From the IMG/VR virus record IMGVR_UViG_3300028735_000003, positions 186,001-250,000 of that record: a stretch of 64,000 nt of DNA, one strand, 5' to 3'. The notes under the pieces are model-generated. The model saw only the letters and a list, made by a program, of their open reading frames with translations, did not search any database and was not told where the DNA came from. The translations under genes and the position numbers were made by a program. Positions 55,107 to 64,000 of this stretch are shown here, piece after piece; position 1 is the first letter of the stretch, and each line of letters starts with the position of its first letter.

Positions 55107-56654
55107 TTATACCTTAATAGATTTTACAATATTAACTAGTGTTTTATATGAATCCTGATCGATGTGTTCTATAGACTTAGCATATTTCAAAATGTATTTA
55201 GCTAAAATTATAGGCTCCTCTTTTGATAGTGATTCCAAAGACATTATAAATGGATCGTGTAAACTAGCGCTTCGTTGTGGTTTGCTTGGTGGTGGTTTTA
55301 ATGATTTTCGTGATACAGACTCTTGTAATTTTTTCATTGCAGACTCTTGTCGTTCTCTTGCTTCCCTTAGTGCTTTGTTAGCCGCAGCAATAGCTTCTGG
55401 ACTTGCTTTTGGTGATGATGGTGTATTCCTGGGACGTCTTGCTATTTCCAACTCTTCCTGTGTCATACCAGAAGGTACTTCTGGTCTCACAACGCCCCTT
55501 TGTCTTCCATGTGGTACAACTGGTCTAGTCTGTTCTTGTAATAATTCACTAGTCATTCCTGGCGAAGATTGATTAACTGCTACATTGGACGACAAAATTG
55601 AAGCTGGGGCTGAAGTTCCGCCCTGAGTTTCACCCGAAGTTCCACTCGGAGTTTCACCCGAAGTTCCACTCGGAGTTTCACCCGAAGTTCCACTCGGAGT
55701 TTCACCCGAAGTTCCACTCGGAGTTTCACCCGGAGTTACACCTGGAGTTCCACGCGGAGTTCCACCCGGAGTCCCACCCGCAGTTCCACCCGGAGTTCCG
55801 CTAGAAATATAGGATGTCCCAGTATCACCAGTCGTTTCTGGCTCTGTATTAACTAATAATTCTTGTTGTTCAAGAAACTTCTTGACATTTTTTTCATAGA
55901 AATCTTTAAACAGTTTATCATAAATCTTATAGTCTCTAATTATCTTGCTGGCTTCTTTAGCATAATCATCTACTTGTCTTTCCGCTCTATATATTGCCAT
56001 AGACTTTAAAGATAACAGTGTATTTGCCAGTAACTTATCAGAATTATTCAATAAATGTTCTAATGATTTCTTTAATTCTTTTACTCTTCCTGGATATCTT
56101 TTCTCCCAAGCAGCCAATGCCCTTCCACGAGTTGTGCCTATATTTGTTAAGAAATCCATTATTCCTGCTTCTTTTAGCAACATAGATTGATATGATGCAG
56201 TTTTAGGAGGGCTGAACCTTGTCCTTAAATCTTGCAAATACTGTGCATATTCTTGATCGTATTCTCTGCCACCGGGCGTTACCTTATCAAACAAAAATCT
56301 ATAATGTACTCTATTTAAAGTATATTCAAAAGCCTCCAATATAGAGACTACATGATAAAATTTTTTATGAAATCTGCCCAAATCTGCGACACATTTCATA
56401 TATTCCCGCCTATTAAAATTACTTCTAGCGCTCTTCAATAAATCTTTTAAACTAATGCCATCTGTTTCGGGCGCATTTCTACCAATTGGTTGCCCAGAAA
56501 TAATAGATCTAACAGGGTCATCTGTCATGTCCCTTAACTGATCCATTATCTCTTTGAATTCAGGGTCGAACCACTTCTCAGTAGCAATACCGCCAAGATT
56601 AGTTCTCTCTCTAATTTTATCTAATAAACTTCTTTTTTGAGCAGTCTTTTGCAT
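55107..56654 (-). CDS. Head-cluster protein with PSGTSGET repeats
   Basis: Probable ATG 56654 (MQKTAQ); PKTA, LKEA, AKEA, LKYA. Confidence 0.65.
   Translation of the reverse strand: MQKTAQKRSLLDKIRERTNLGGIATEKWFDPEFKEIMDQLRDMTDDPVRSIISGQPIGRNAPETDGISLKDLLKSARSNFNRREYMKCVADLGRFHKKFYHVVSILEAFEYTLNRVHYRFLFDKVTPGGREYDQEYAQYLQDLRTRFSPPKTASYQSMLLKEAGIMDFLTNIGTTRGRALAAWEKRYPGRVKELKKSLEHLLNNSDKLLANTLLSLKSMAIYRAERQVDDYAKEASKIIRDYKIYDKLFKDFYEKNVKKFLEQQELLVNTEPETTGDTGTSYISSGTPGGTAGGTPGGTPRGTPGVTPGETPSGTSGETPSGTSGETPSGTSGETPSGTSGETQGGTSAPASILSSNVAVNQSSPGMTSELLQEQTRPVVPHGRQRGVVRPEVPSGMTQEELEIARRPRNTPSSPKASPEAIAAANKALREARERQESAMKKLQESVSRKSLKPPPSKPQRSASLHDPFIMSLESLSKEEPIILAKYILKYAKSIEHIDQDSYKTLVNIVKSIKV
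55612..55800. repeat. 24-nt/12-nt coding tandem repeats (TPSGTSGE / TPGG)
   Basis: GAGTTTCACCCGAAGTTCCACTCG repeated head-to-tail. Confidence 0.85.
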
Positions 56655-56705
56655 ATGAATTTCCTTGTTCGTGTACAATCTTAAATAATACAAGATTATA
56701 CATAA

Positions 56706-57289
56706 GTCAATAACCCACGACTAAAGTCGTGGGCTTGCTGCTCAAAACATTAGTTTTGGCTGCGTTTGGCTGATTGACAACAGCCTGCTCGTTATTCTTT
56801 TCAGCTAACGAGAGAAAGTAATTTATCTTAATATTTTTAGCAGCATTAATATCTGCATGTTCTATGTAACCACATTTGCTACAAATATATCTCGACTTAT
56901 TTCTATTAGACTTTTCAATAATTCTACAATTAGAACATTTTTGAGAAGTATATCTTGCATCAACTTTAACTACTTGTTTTCCTAATGCTTTAGCATGAAT
57001 ATCAGGATAAAGAGATAGTAATTTCCCATATAAATCTTGATGAGCTTTAACTTTATTGGTCGATTTATTTTCGAAAGCCCACTCGACATGATGCGAATAG
57101 ATATCTGCACAGGTTTTTAGGAAGTCTAAAAACCCATCAGGAGCGGATAAATAAAAATTATAAATTCTTCGCATCACAGATATGTATATCATTAGTAGTA
57201 GAAAATCAAATAAAATAATAAGCGGATTAACTTTTCTAATCCGCAATTTCTCCCACGGCTAAAGCCGTGGGTCTCCTTGCAAGGTTTTC
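56706..57289 (-). mobile_element. Non-autonomous IS200/IS605-family (tnpB-only) element with internally deleted tnpB
   Basis: Subterminal hairpins CCCACGGCTAAAGCCGTGGG (57252-57271) and CCCACGACTAAAGTCGTGGG (56714-56733); right end ...GGGTTATTGAC; no tnpA. Left boundary approximate. Confidence 0.8.
56707..57174 (-). pseudogene. tnpB: Truncated TnpB (N-terminal ~60 aa joined to zinc ribbon/RuvC-III)
   Basis: VDARYTSQKCSNC...YICSKCG..EHADINAAKNI present; RuvC-I and RuvC-II segments absent. Confidence 0.8.
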
Positions 57290-57320
57290 ATGAATTTTCT
57301 ATTATTTCTTTTTATAGTGA

Positions 57321-60300
57321 TTATAGTGTTGGTGGCGCTCCACCACTGCCCTCACCACCTCCACCTGGCATAGGCGGAGGTGGAGGTGTATTAGGTAAAC
57401 CTTCTAATCCTGGCAAGCCACCGCCTGAAGAAGTTTCACCTGGAAGTGGTGTTCCTTCAGAGGCTGAAGTTGCTCCTTCTTGTTGATTTTTTGCTTCTGG
57501 AATTTCATCTTCTTCATCTAACGCTCTTAAAGCATTAAGTGGCATTTCCTTCAAAGCCGCCTTTTCCTTTTCAAAAATCTCAGCATCTACAATTTCTCTA
57601 CGCATCTTCCTTAATTCATTTTCATATTCAAGACCCATAGATCTGAATAATGTATGTAATGATACCCTCTTTTGAGCGCCATCTCCTTGAGTCAATGTTA
57701 CTAAATTATTAATGTAATCACCAGCATCAAACAATGACATGTGGTTCCAGTCAACATCTGGGACAATTAATTGCTTCTCCCCATTAGAATAATCATAGAA
57801 TCCCTGAATCTTAGATATTGGGGCAAAAATCTTTCTCTTAAGCCATATACTCATCATATTTCTAAATTGCATATAGCGTTGTCTTAATACATCTAATGCT
57901 ACGCCACCGTTAGCATATGTAGTGTCAGCGCCCCCATCCATTAATACTGATGGTACCTGTAAACCTACATATATTTCTTTAATTATTTGCGTAATATCAT
58001 TAGAGATGTCGTAAATTCCTTGATTATACCCAACTTTCTCAACAGTAACACCTTCATGCGTAAAAATCTTGAAATCTTTGTCATATTGCGCGCTATTTCC
58101 TTGAATTGTAATTTTTCCGTTTCTTCTGGTAATAAACAAGCCAGTAGGGACCTCAAAACACCACACTTTGCCATTATATTTTTCTATTTTAACAATATTT
58201 TGCTTTATTTTAGTTTTACTATTTCTTGGTGTTTTATAAACTAAAGGATAATTCCATTTATTAGAATTTGACCACAACACAGTATATAATGGCAATCTTC
58301 TTCCATTAAGATGTTTTTTATTATTTCTGATGGACATACTTGGAACATATCCACATTTATACGCTATTTCATAAATGTCATCAGCTAACTGCTTTGAAGT
58401 AGAACAATAAGCGAATCTATCACTATCTTTTTTGTTATTTTTGTATACAGAACCGCTTCCATCAATTAATGCATTCAAAAGAATATTCAATAGTCTTGGA
58501 GAAAAATCTAATACATTTCTTGGGATTTGTTTAAATTGTGCTTTCGTTTCCACGTTCATATCCCCAATAATATTTTCAAAATAATCATACAGTTCTTTAC
58601 TATAAAATACTGCGGACCATATATATTGTTGATTATTTGTATATTCACTTCTTTTTTCTATTCTTTGAATATATGGAATATTTATACATTTAGAGAAACT
58701 ATCTAAACATTGTCTCATTTTATTATAATTTTTATTAGTTGTTTGAGATATTCCAACGGTATATTGATGTTTATCGTTAATATAAAGACGTCCTTCATTT
58801 AATAAATACCCTAAAAGTTCTAAATATAACTCTACTGGAATTTGTTTCCCGCAAACATCAATAAAAATTACATTATCATTTCCTTGCCAATTTATTTTAG
58901 AACGGAATTTATTGTAATTATTAAGATTTAAGTCTTTTGCTTCAATTTTCTTCCAATCACTCCAAATAGATTTCTTTAAACTACGATTATCATTATAGTC
59001 ATCTATCTTTTCAGAGGTCCACATTTTATGATTAGGAGTAACTTTAATGTCTAATTTTTCATTCTTAAAATGAAACATATTTCCATTATAATTATATACA
59101 CTTGCTCCGGTTGCATAATGATATTCTAATTGTTCATTATTTGAATTAAAGCAGGCAATTTTAACATTTTCTTTAGGAGATATTTTATCTAATTTTTCTG
59201 TATAGTTTATAACCTCATAGAATTTTTTAAATCCGCTATCAGTTAATACTTCAGTTTCTTCATCATAACACTCAAAAACATTTCTCCATGCTTCTAAATC
59301 AGCAAATGTGGGTTTAAAATCAGCAGATCCTATTTTAACTAATGTTAATGGATTAATCATATTATCTGCCTGAGCATACTTAGATTCACGCAATTTATCA
59401 AATAGCATTAATTGTCTAAATATACATACTGGTAAACCTGTTCCCCTAATTTCATAAGGACTGATTCTACGAGCTAAGTGAGATACATGAAAATTATCCA
59501 AAGGAATATTTTCTCCATGCTTTACAGAGTCAATAATATGCTGATTCAATTGTTTGCGCTGCTCAATATCTGACGGTTTATTTGAAAATACGATTTTCTT
59601 CAGATTTTCATCTGGTCTAAGCATAATAATAGGTTCATTAGCAACAACAGTACGTTTAACTAACATATAGTCTGGATTCTGAATAACTAATCTGCTCCAT
59701 TTACCTTTGCTTTCATCAAGCTCAGCATATACGAAAGCTTCTCCCAAAAGCCAAAATTCTTGAGCAATTTGAACACATATGTTCATAAGATCTATTTCTT
59801 CAATCATATCATTAAAGAATTTTTCAATATCCTTATTTGGGCACTTTATATTTAATTTACTAATTGGATATGTACTGTGTAAATTAATCGCGTTATGTAC
59901 GAATGGATTTAATGCATAAAAACTACGGCACCAAGCATTAATAGTAGGTCTATCACGAGGCAAGTTTAAATTGCTATTTAACCATAATGGAGAATATACT
60001 TCTGGCGTTTGTTTTACGACATCACCATTTCCTCCACGATAATTACTACTTCCTGCGCTACTACCGCCACTAACAACCTGCGCGTTTTTAGTAATACCAA
60101 CTAAAGAAGTGACAACAGCATTTGATGTCATTCCATCTTCATTAAATGTCGGTCCAGTACCATCTTTAAATAAACCTTGTTTTACTTCTTCTGTTAGAGC
60201 CTCTCTACGAAATGCTGATACGCTTTTAGCCATCAATGCACTAACTTGTGGAACACCCTGTGACATATGCGCACTGGTATGAGCAATATTCGACTCAATT

Positions 60301-60377
60301 AATCCACTGCCAACTGGTGGAATAGCCCCCCTTTTCTCTAAAAACTGCTCAGACTTAGATTTTCTATAATTAGACAT
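57321..60377 (-). CDS. Portal protein containing one intein (626 aa after splicing)
   Basis: Follows terminase; FY..NP.V.NAI...YP, GEAF, SHLARR.SPYE.RG motifs; Pro/Gly-rich tail. Confidence 0.85.
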   Translation of the reverse strand: MSNYRKSKSEQFLEKRGAIPPVGSGLIESNIAHTSAHMSQGVPQVSALMAKSVSAFRREALTEEVKQGLFKDGTGPTFNEDGMTSNAVVTSLVGITKNAQVVSGGSSAGSSNYRGGNGDVVKQTPEVYSPLWLNSNLNLPRDRPTINAWCRSFYALNPFVHNAINLHSTYPISKLNIKCPNKDIEKFFNDMIEEIDLMNICVQIAQEFWLLGEAFVYAELDESKGKWSRLVIQNPDYMLVKRTVVANEPIIMLRPDENLKKIVFSNKPSDIEQRKQLNQHIIDSVKHGENIPLDNFHVSHLARRISPYEIRGTGLPVCIFRQLMLFDKLRESKYAQADNMINPLTLVKIGSADFKPTFADLEAWRNVFECYDEETEVLTDSGFKKFYEVINYTEKLDKISPKENVKIACFNSNNEQLEYHYATGASVYNYNGNMFHFKNEKLDIKVTPNHKMWTSEKIDDYNDNRSLKKSIWSDWKKIEAKDLNLNNYNKFRSKINWQGNDNVIFIDVCGKQIPVELYLELLGYLLNEGRLYINDKHQYTVGISQTTNKNYNKMRQCLDSFSKCINIPYIQRIEKRSEYTNNQQYIWSAVFYSKELYDYFENIIGDMNVETKAQFKQIPRNVLDFSPRLLNILLNALIDGSGSVYKNNKKDSDRFAYCSTSKQLADDIYEIAYKCGYVPSMSIRNNKKHLNGRRLPLYTVLWSNSNKWNYPLVYKTPRNSKTKIKQNIVKIEKYNGKVWCFEVPTGLFITRRNGKITIQGNSAQYDKDFKIFTHEGVTVEKVGYNQGIYDISNDITQIIKEIYVGLQVPSVLMDGGADTTYANGGVALDVLRQRYMQFRNMMSIWLKRKIFAPISKIQGFYDYSNGEKQLIVPDVDWNHMSLFDAGDYINNLVTLTQGDGAQKRVSLHTLFRSMGLEYENELRKMRREIVDAEIFEKEKAALKEMPLNALRALDEEDEIPEAKNQQEGATSASEGTPLPGETSSGGGLPGLEGLPNTPPPPPMPGGGGEGSGGAPPTL
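58095..59270 (-). other. Intein in portal (392 aa) with LAGLIDADG-like domain
   Basis: VFE|CYDEETEVLT...VTPNHKM...VWCFEVP...IQGN|SAQY. Confidence 0.9.
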
Positions 60378-60452
60378 GAAGCCTCGTTTCCACTATACCA
60401 TCTACTATACACAATAAATAATATATCATCAATAGAAGTGTTTAAAAAATAG

Positions 60453-63400
60453 CTAAAATCTTCTTGGAATAAATCCAGTTACTACTAATGGTTTATTTCC
60501 ATTAGATAGATTCTGCTGCTGAGAAGAAGGATTATTATTGCTAAATCCTTGAGACACTAAAAACTTATATGCCAAATAACCATTTAATAATGCCATAAAC
60601 CCGTCATTAGGTGTGCTTCCCTTAACATAATGTATAACTGGATCCGCTCCAGTCTTAGATATTGATGGTTTTATTTCCATACTAGAACAATGGTCTATTA
60701 ACCAGGCTATTTTTTCATAATCTCCGAAAGGAAATCTAATTTCTCCTTTTTTCATCTTTTCATATAGTTCTCGTATATAGAAATCCCTTTCAAAATCTAT
60801 TTCTTTAGGGAACGAATCTTTTCTAAATAAAACGTAATTATTTACTTTACTTCTAGCACGAGATACCATATAGCGATCTCCATATATGGTATGCAATGTT
60901 TCTGACAAATCTTGTGAAAACCCAATATCTCCAATTGCTAACTGAATACTATATTGTCTCATAATCTGGTCAATAATTCCTTTTTTACTTTCCAAATCAT
61001 TACGTTTGAATTTTGTTGCAAATTCAATAGATAATAATCCAGGTCCTTTGGCTGCCAAAACAACTGCAGTACTATATGATTGCCCAGACACTTTTGAATT
61101 CTCAGGATTAGCTAATTGTTCCACGTCTGCGCGTAACCCATAGTCTAGACCAAGAACTACTAATTGTTCTTCACCAGGATTAATTCTCGCTTTGAATTTC
61201 CTTCCGGCATCTCCACAATTATTAGCAATTTCTTCTGGAGTAATTGGGCTAGTATCACCTTGGAAAAACTCACCAAGAACTTCGGTACGAAAAATCCTTT
61301 CTGTATTAATTGGATGTTTACCTGGTTTTTCATTCTCTATATCTTGTCTTGTAAACATAGGCATGTATAGCTGATTGATATGAAAACCAATCATCTTACA
61401 ATCTTCATCATTATGATCTCTCAAAGCTATCCATTTACCACGTTCAGCAGCATCTCTTTTATCTTGTTCGAATCCACAATGCGGACATTTTACTATAAAA
61501 TCATAAATCCAAATTTTTTCCCAATCGTCAGATTCTGGGGTATATAGTGGAAAGTGTTTCTTGCACTTTTCACAACCAAGATAATAATATTGTTGGGATG
61601 AAGACATCCACATCTTATGAAAATCAGAACCCTTTTTACGAGGTGTTCCAAAATATACCTGTACTCCCTTGCTGGGCTTACCATATTTAGCAGTCGTCAA
61701 GATCTTAAGAGCATTGCCCATTGCTAAACTAGAAGTACGTTGACAATTATGTACAATTGGTCCAGAAATATATTTAGTAAACTTATTATTAGATGATAAA
61801 ATAAAATTATGATTATCTTTAACCTCTAAATCGTAAACATATTCTCTTTTTTCTACGGCACTAACACTATCAACAACAAAATAACAATATGATTTATATT
61901 TATTATTCCATTTATAATTAAAATTATAAAATTCTGGAGCTATTTTTTTTCTCATACTATCATTAAAATATGGAGATATCAATTCGTATAATAACTTTAA
62001 TCCTTTTCTATTAAAAAATAAACAATAATGTCCATTATATTTTTTATAATTACAAGAAATACCTAAATCATTAAATTTCTTTACAAATCTTATATGGCTA
62101 TCTTCGTCGAACGAATAAGTGGAAATTCTACCAGAATAACCTGAAACACCAATATTATTTAAACTACAACTGTCCATAAACCATATTGCAATCCCCCTAG
62201 CATCAATTTCATCTAATATCCACTGTGGGCAAGAAGTTTTTGTTTTAGGAAATTCTTGTTCTAAACCTATAATTTCTGTACAAAAATTAACAGCGGACTT
62301 TTTTGCATAACCTTTATTTCTAACAATATTAGTTTTACAGTTAAATATATTAGCTTTCCATTGGCAATATTCTTTTTGATTAATGCTATGCGTAACCGAT
62401 AATCTAATTTTAGATTTTCCTTCGGTCCTTATATGTCCATTACCTAAAAATGATCCTAATATTAGTTGCTTTTGATCAGAATTAATTGCTTTTACACTTA
62501 AACCTTTATCTATAGAACCTTTTATTAAAGATCCTTTAGATAGTTTAGACGCTTCAACCCACCCATTTGATGTTAAAAATTTATGATTTTCTGTACATTT
62601 TATCTTTCTTCCATTACAACTTATTTGTACTAATTTTTGCTTGCCTTTCTTAAAAATATTAGAAATTTCTTTATATTCAAATGTTTCTGATAACTCATTA
62701 AAACTTAATACTAATGGCATATCATGATTTTTACAAAAATCATGATATAGTCTGCCAATTGATTTAGGTCCATTGTTTGTTACAACTCTTTGTTGATATG
62801 GAAAGCACTCATCAAAAAAGATAACGTCAGCAGTATTATGTGTTGGAATACATTTTCTAGTTACCAAAAATAAATTACTTGGACTATCAACTGTAATACA
62901 GCGCATTGGAACTGGATCAATAGGCTTTACATCAACTATAAATCTATGTGAACTATTTGTTGTATTTTTATTCTTTATATTTATTAATTTTCTTTTTAAT
63001 CTAAAAACTTGTAAATTAGTTGAGAATCTAATTCTATATTGGTCCTGATATCTTTTGTCATATCTGTAATTTTGCCCTTTATAAATATAAGCTTTAATTC
63101 CTAAACCTAATACAAGCTCATATACTTGATAAGCCAATCTCTTATTTATTTGTACGAATTCTATATTACCATTTTTATCACAATGACCGCTGCTATCTAA
63201 AAGCCCTTGCAATAAGGATAATCTCTGTACAAATGAACTTCTCATATAAATATCAGGTATATATTTGTCGTAAGTTACATTAAATTTCTTATAACTACTG
63301 ACTAATAAACCTAATTTGCGTAATTTTGCAGTAAGCCCTAAAATACGATAAGAATTTGATTTTGAAATACCAAAACTTCTATAATTGTTTATTGAAGATG

Positions 63401-64000
63401 GAATAATTCTATGTTTATAATTACTTAATACTTCAGGATCGACGGTATCTATTCGCCCTGAACCATCACCACTTCCTAACCACAATCCTAGCAAATACGG
63501 ATCTACAATTAATTCTTTTTCTGAAAATTGTAATGGTTTACAATTAGGTATAGAATGGTTTGTTTCACCAAAATAATTTAATGTTTGAAATATCTCTTTA
63601 GTATTTTTTATTTGAGGGTTAGGCGCATTTTGCCGTTTACCACATAAAAATTTATTAAGATTAATTCGATCTTTTTGGGTATATGTTTGCCATAAATGGT
63701 CTGCACAGGCATCTATTTCTGTTCCATCATCAAATATAATTCTATATGATTCTGGTTTCAAATCTATAGGATGTAATTTAATCACATGACATATATTACC
63801 ACTTTCATCAAATAATTCATCTCCCTCTTTAAGATTAATTAATTTAACAAAACCATTTGGAGTTGGAATCTCAGTATCTAATGATAACATACGACCCATT
63901 AATCTATCAGCATCAATGCCTGTAGACTCAATCCAAATATGATTACCACCAACGAATTGTTTAAAATGCAAAGAATCATTAGTAGGACTAGTGGGATCTA
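60453..64000 (-). CDS. terL: Large terminase subunit (GpA-like), 5' end outside window, with two inteins
   Basis: Spliced RLMGR-TADVIFFDE-CQ (Walker B), FGTP, CEKC/CPHC zinc site, GKWIA, GFHINQL, nuclease GLDYG and PNDGF; frame open to the window edge. Confidence 0.9.
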   Translation of the reverse strand, partial: DPTSPTNDSLHFKQFVGGNHIWIESTGIDADRLMGRMLSLDTEIPTPNGFVKLINLKEGDELFDESGNICHVIKLHPIDLKPESYRIIFDDGTEIDACADHLWQTYTQKDRINLNKFLCGKRQNAPNPQIKNTKEIFQTLNYFGETNHSIPNCKPLQFSEKELIVDPYLLGLWLGSGDGSGRIDTVDPEVLSNYKHRIIPSSINNYRSFGISKSNSYRILGLTAKLRKLGLLVSSYKKFNVTYDKYIPDIYMRSSFVQRLSLLQGLLDSSGHCDKNGNIEFVQINKRLAYQVYELVLGLGIKAYIYKGQNYRYDKRYQDQYRIRFSTNLQVFRLKRKLINIKNKNTTNSSHRFIVDVKPIDPVPMRCITVDSPSNLFLVTRKCIPTHNTADVIFFDECFPYQQRVVTNNGPKSIGRLYHDFCKNHDMPLVLSFNELSETFEYKEISNIFKKGKQKLVQISCNGRKIKCTENHKFLTSNGWVEASKLSKGSLIKGSIDKGLSVKAINSDQKQLILGSFLGNGHIRTEGKSKIRLSVTHSINQKEYCQWKANIFNCKTNIVRNKGYAKKSAVNFCTEIIGLEQEFPKTKTSCPQWILDEIDARGIAIWFMDSCSLNNIGVSGYSGRISTYSFDEDSHIRFVKKFNDLGISCNYKKYNGHYCLFFNRKGLKLLYELISPYFNDSMRKKIAPEFYNFNYKWNNKYKSYCYFVVDSVSAVEKREYVYDLEVKDNHNFILSSNNKFTKYISGPIVHNCQRTSSLAMGNALKILTTAKYGKPSKGVQVYFGTPRKKGSDFHKMWMSSSQQYYYLGCEKCKKHFPLYTPESDDWEKIWIYDFIVKCPHCGFEQDKRDAAERGKWIALRDHNDEDCKMIGFHINQLYMPMFTRQDIENEKPGKHPINTERIFRTEVLGEFFQGDTSPITPEEIANNCGDAGRKFKARINPGEEQLVVLGLDYGLRADVEQLANPENSKVSGQSYSTAVVLAAKGPGLLSIEFATKFKRNDLESKKGIIDQIMRQYSIQLAIGDIGFSQDLSETLHTIYGDRYMVSRARSKVNNYVLFRKDSFPKEIDFERDFYIRELYEKMKKGEIRFPFGDYEKIAWLIDHCSSMEIKPSISKTGADPVIHYVKGSTPNDGFMALLNGYLAYKFLVSQGFSNNNPSSQQQNLSNGNKPLVVTGFIPRRF
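61746..62807 (-). other. Terminase intein 2 (354 aa, class 1)
   Basis: FFDE|CFPY...CTENHKFL...VYDLEV...IVHN|CQR. Confidence 0.92.
62835..63890 (-). other. Terminase intein 1 (352 aa, class 3-type)
   Basis: GR|MLSLDTEIPTP...ADHLW...MRCITV...PTHN|T; W/C/T class 3 signature. Confidence 0.88.

Noticed and set aside
55612-55800. Direct repeats resembling a CRISPR array (also 37305-37440, 40245-40335, 43055-43148, 46575-46625, 48480-48550)
   Set aside because: Unit lengths are multiples of 3, there are no unique spacers, and all lie in frame in low-complexity protein linkers.

Overview
AT-rich segment of a large tailed (myovirus-like, probably jumbo-class) dsDNA phage. It carries the virion morphogenesis module almost entirely on the minus strand. 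Reading right to left: GpA-like large terminase (partial, two inteins), portal (one intein), an internally deleted IS200/IS605 tnpB element, a ~20 kb cluster of putative head-internal proteins around a 1.2k-aa prohead protease/scaffold, two decoration-like paralogs, and a major capsid gene split by a LAGLIDADG-encoding group I intron. Next come a LAGLIDADG-DNA methyltransferase fusion, a decaying fibre gene, accessory genes (patatin, HNH, cold shock, ParB-like, HExxH peptidase), neck/head-completion genes, a 1.97k-aa virion protein, tail terminator, sheath, tube, -1 frameshifted tail chaperones, tape measure, and baseplate genes (last one partial). The most unusual signal is at the protein level: two apparently compartment-specific short tags. 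A K-x-A motif, plus two shared small modules, recurs through protease/scaffold, portal, capsid and ~15 head-cluster proteins including enzyme cargo. A D-G-Y tripeptide occurs 22 times in nine predicted outer virion proteins, and I found none in the head-internal proteins. Functions are assigned from motifs and synteny only; no searches were run.
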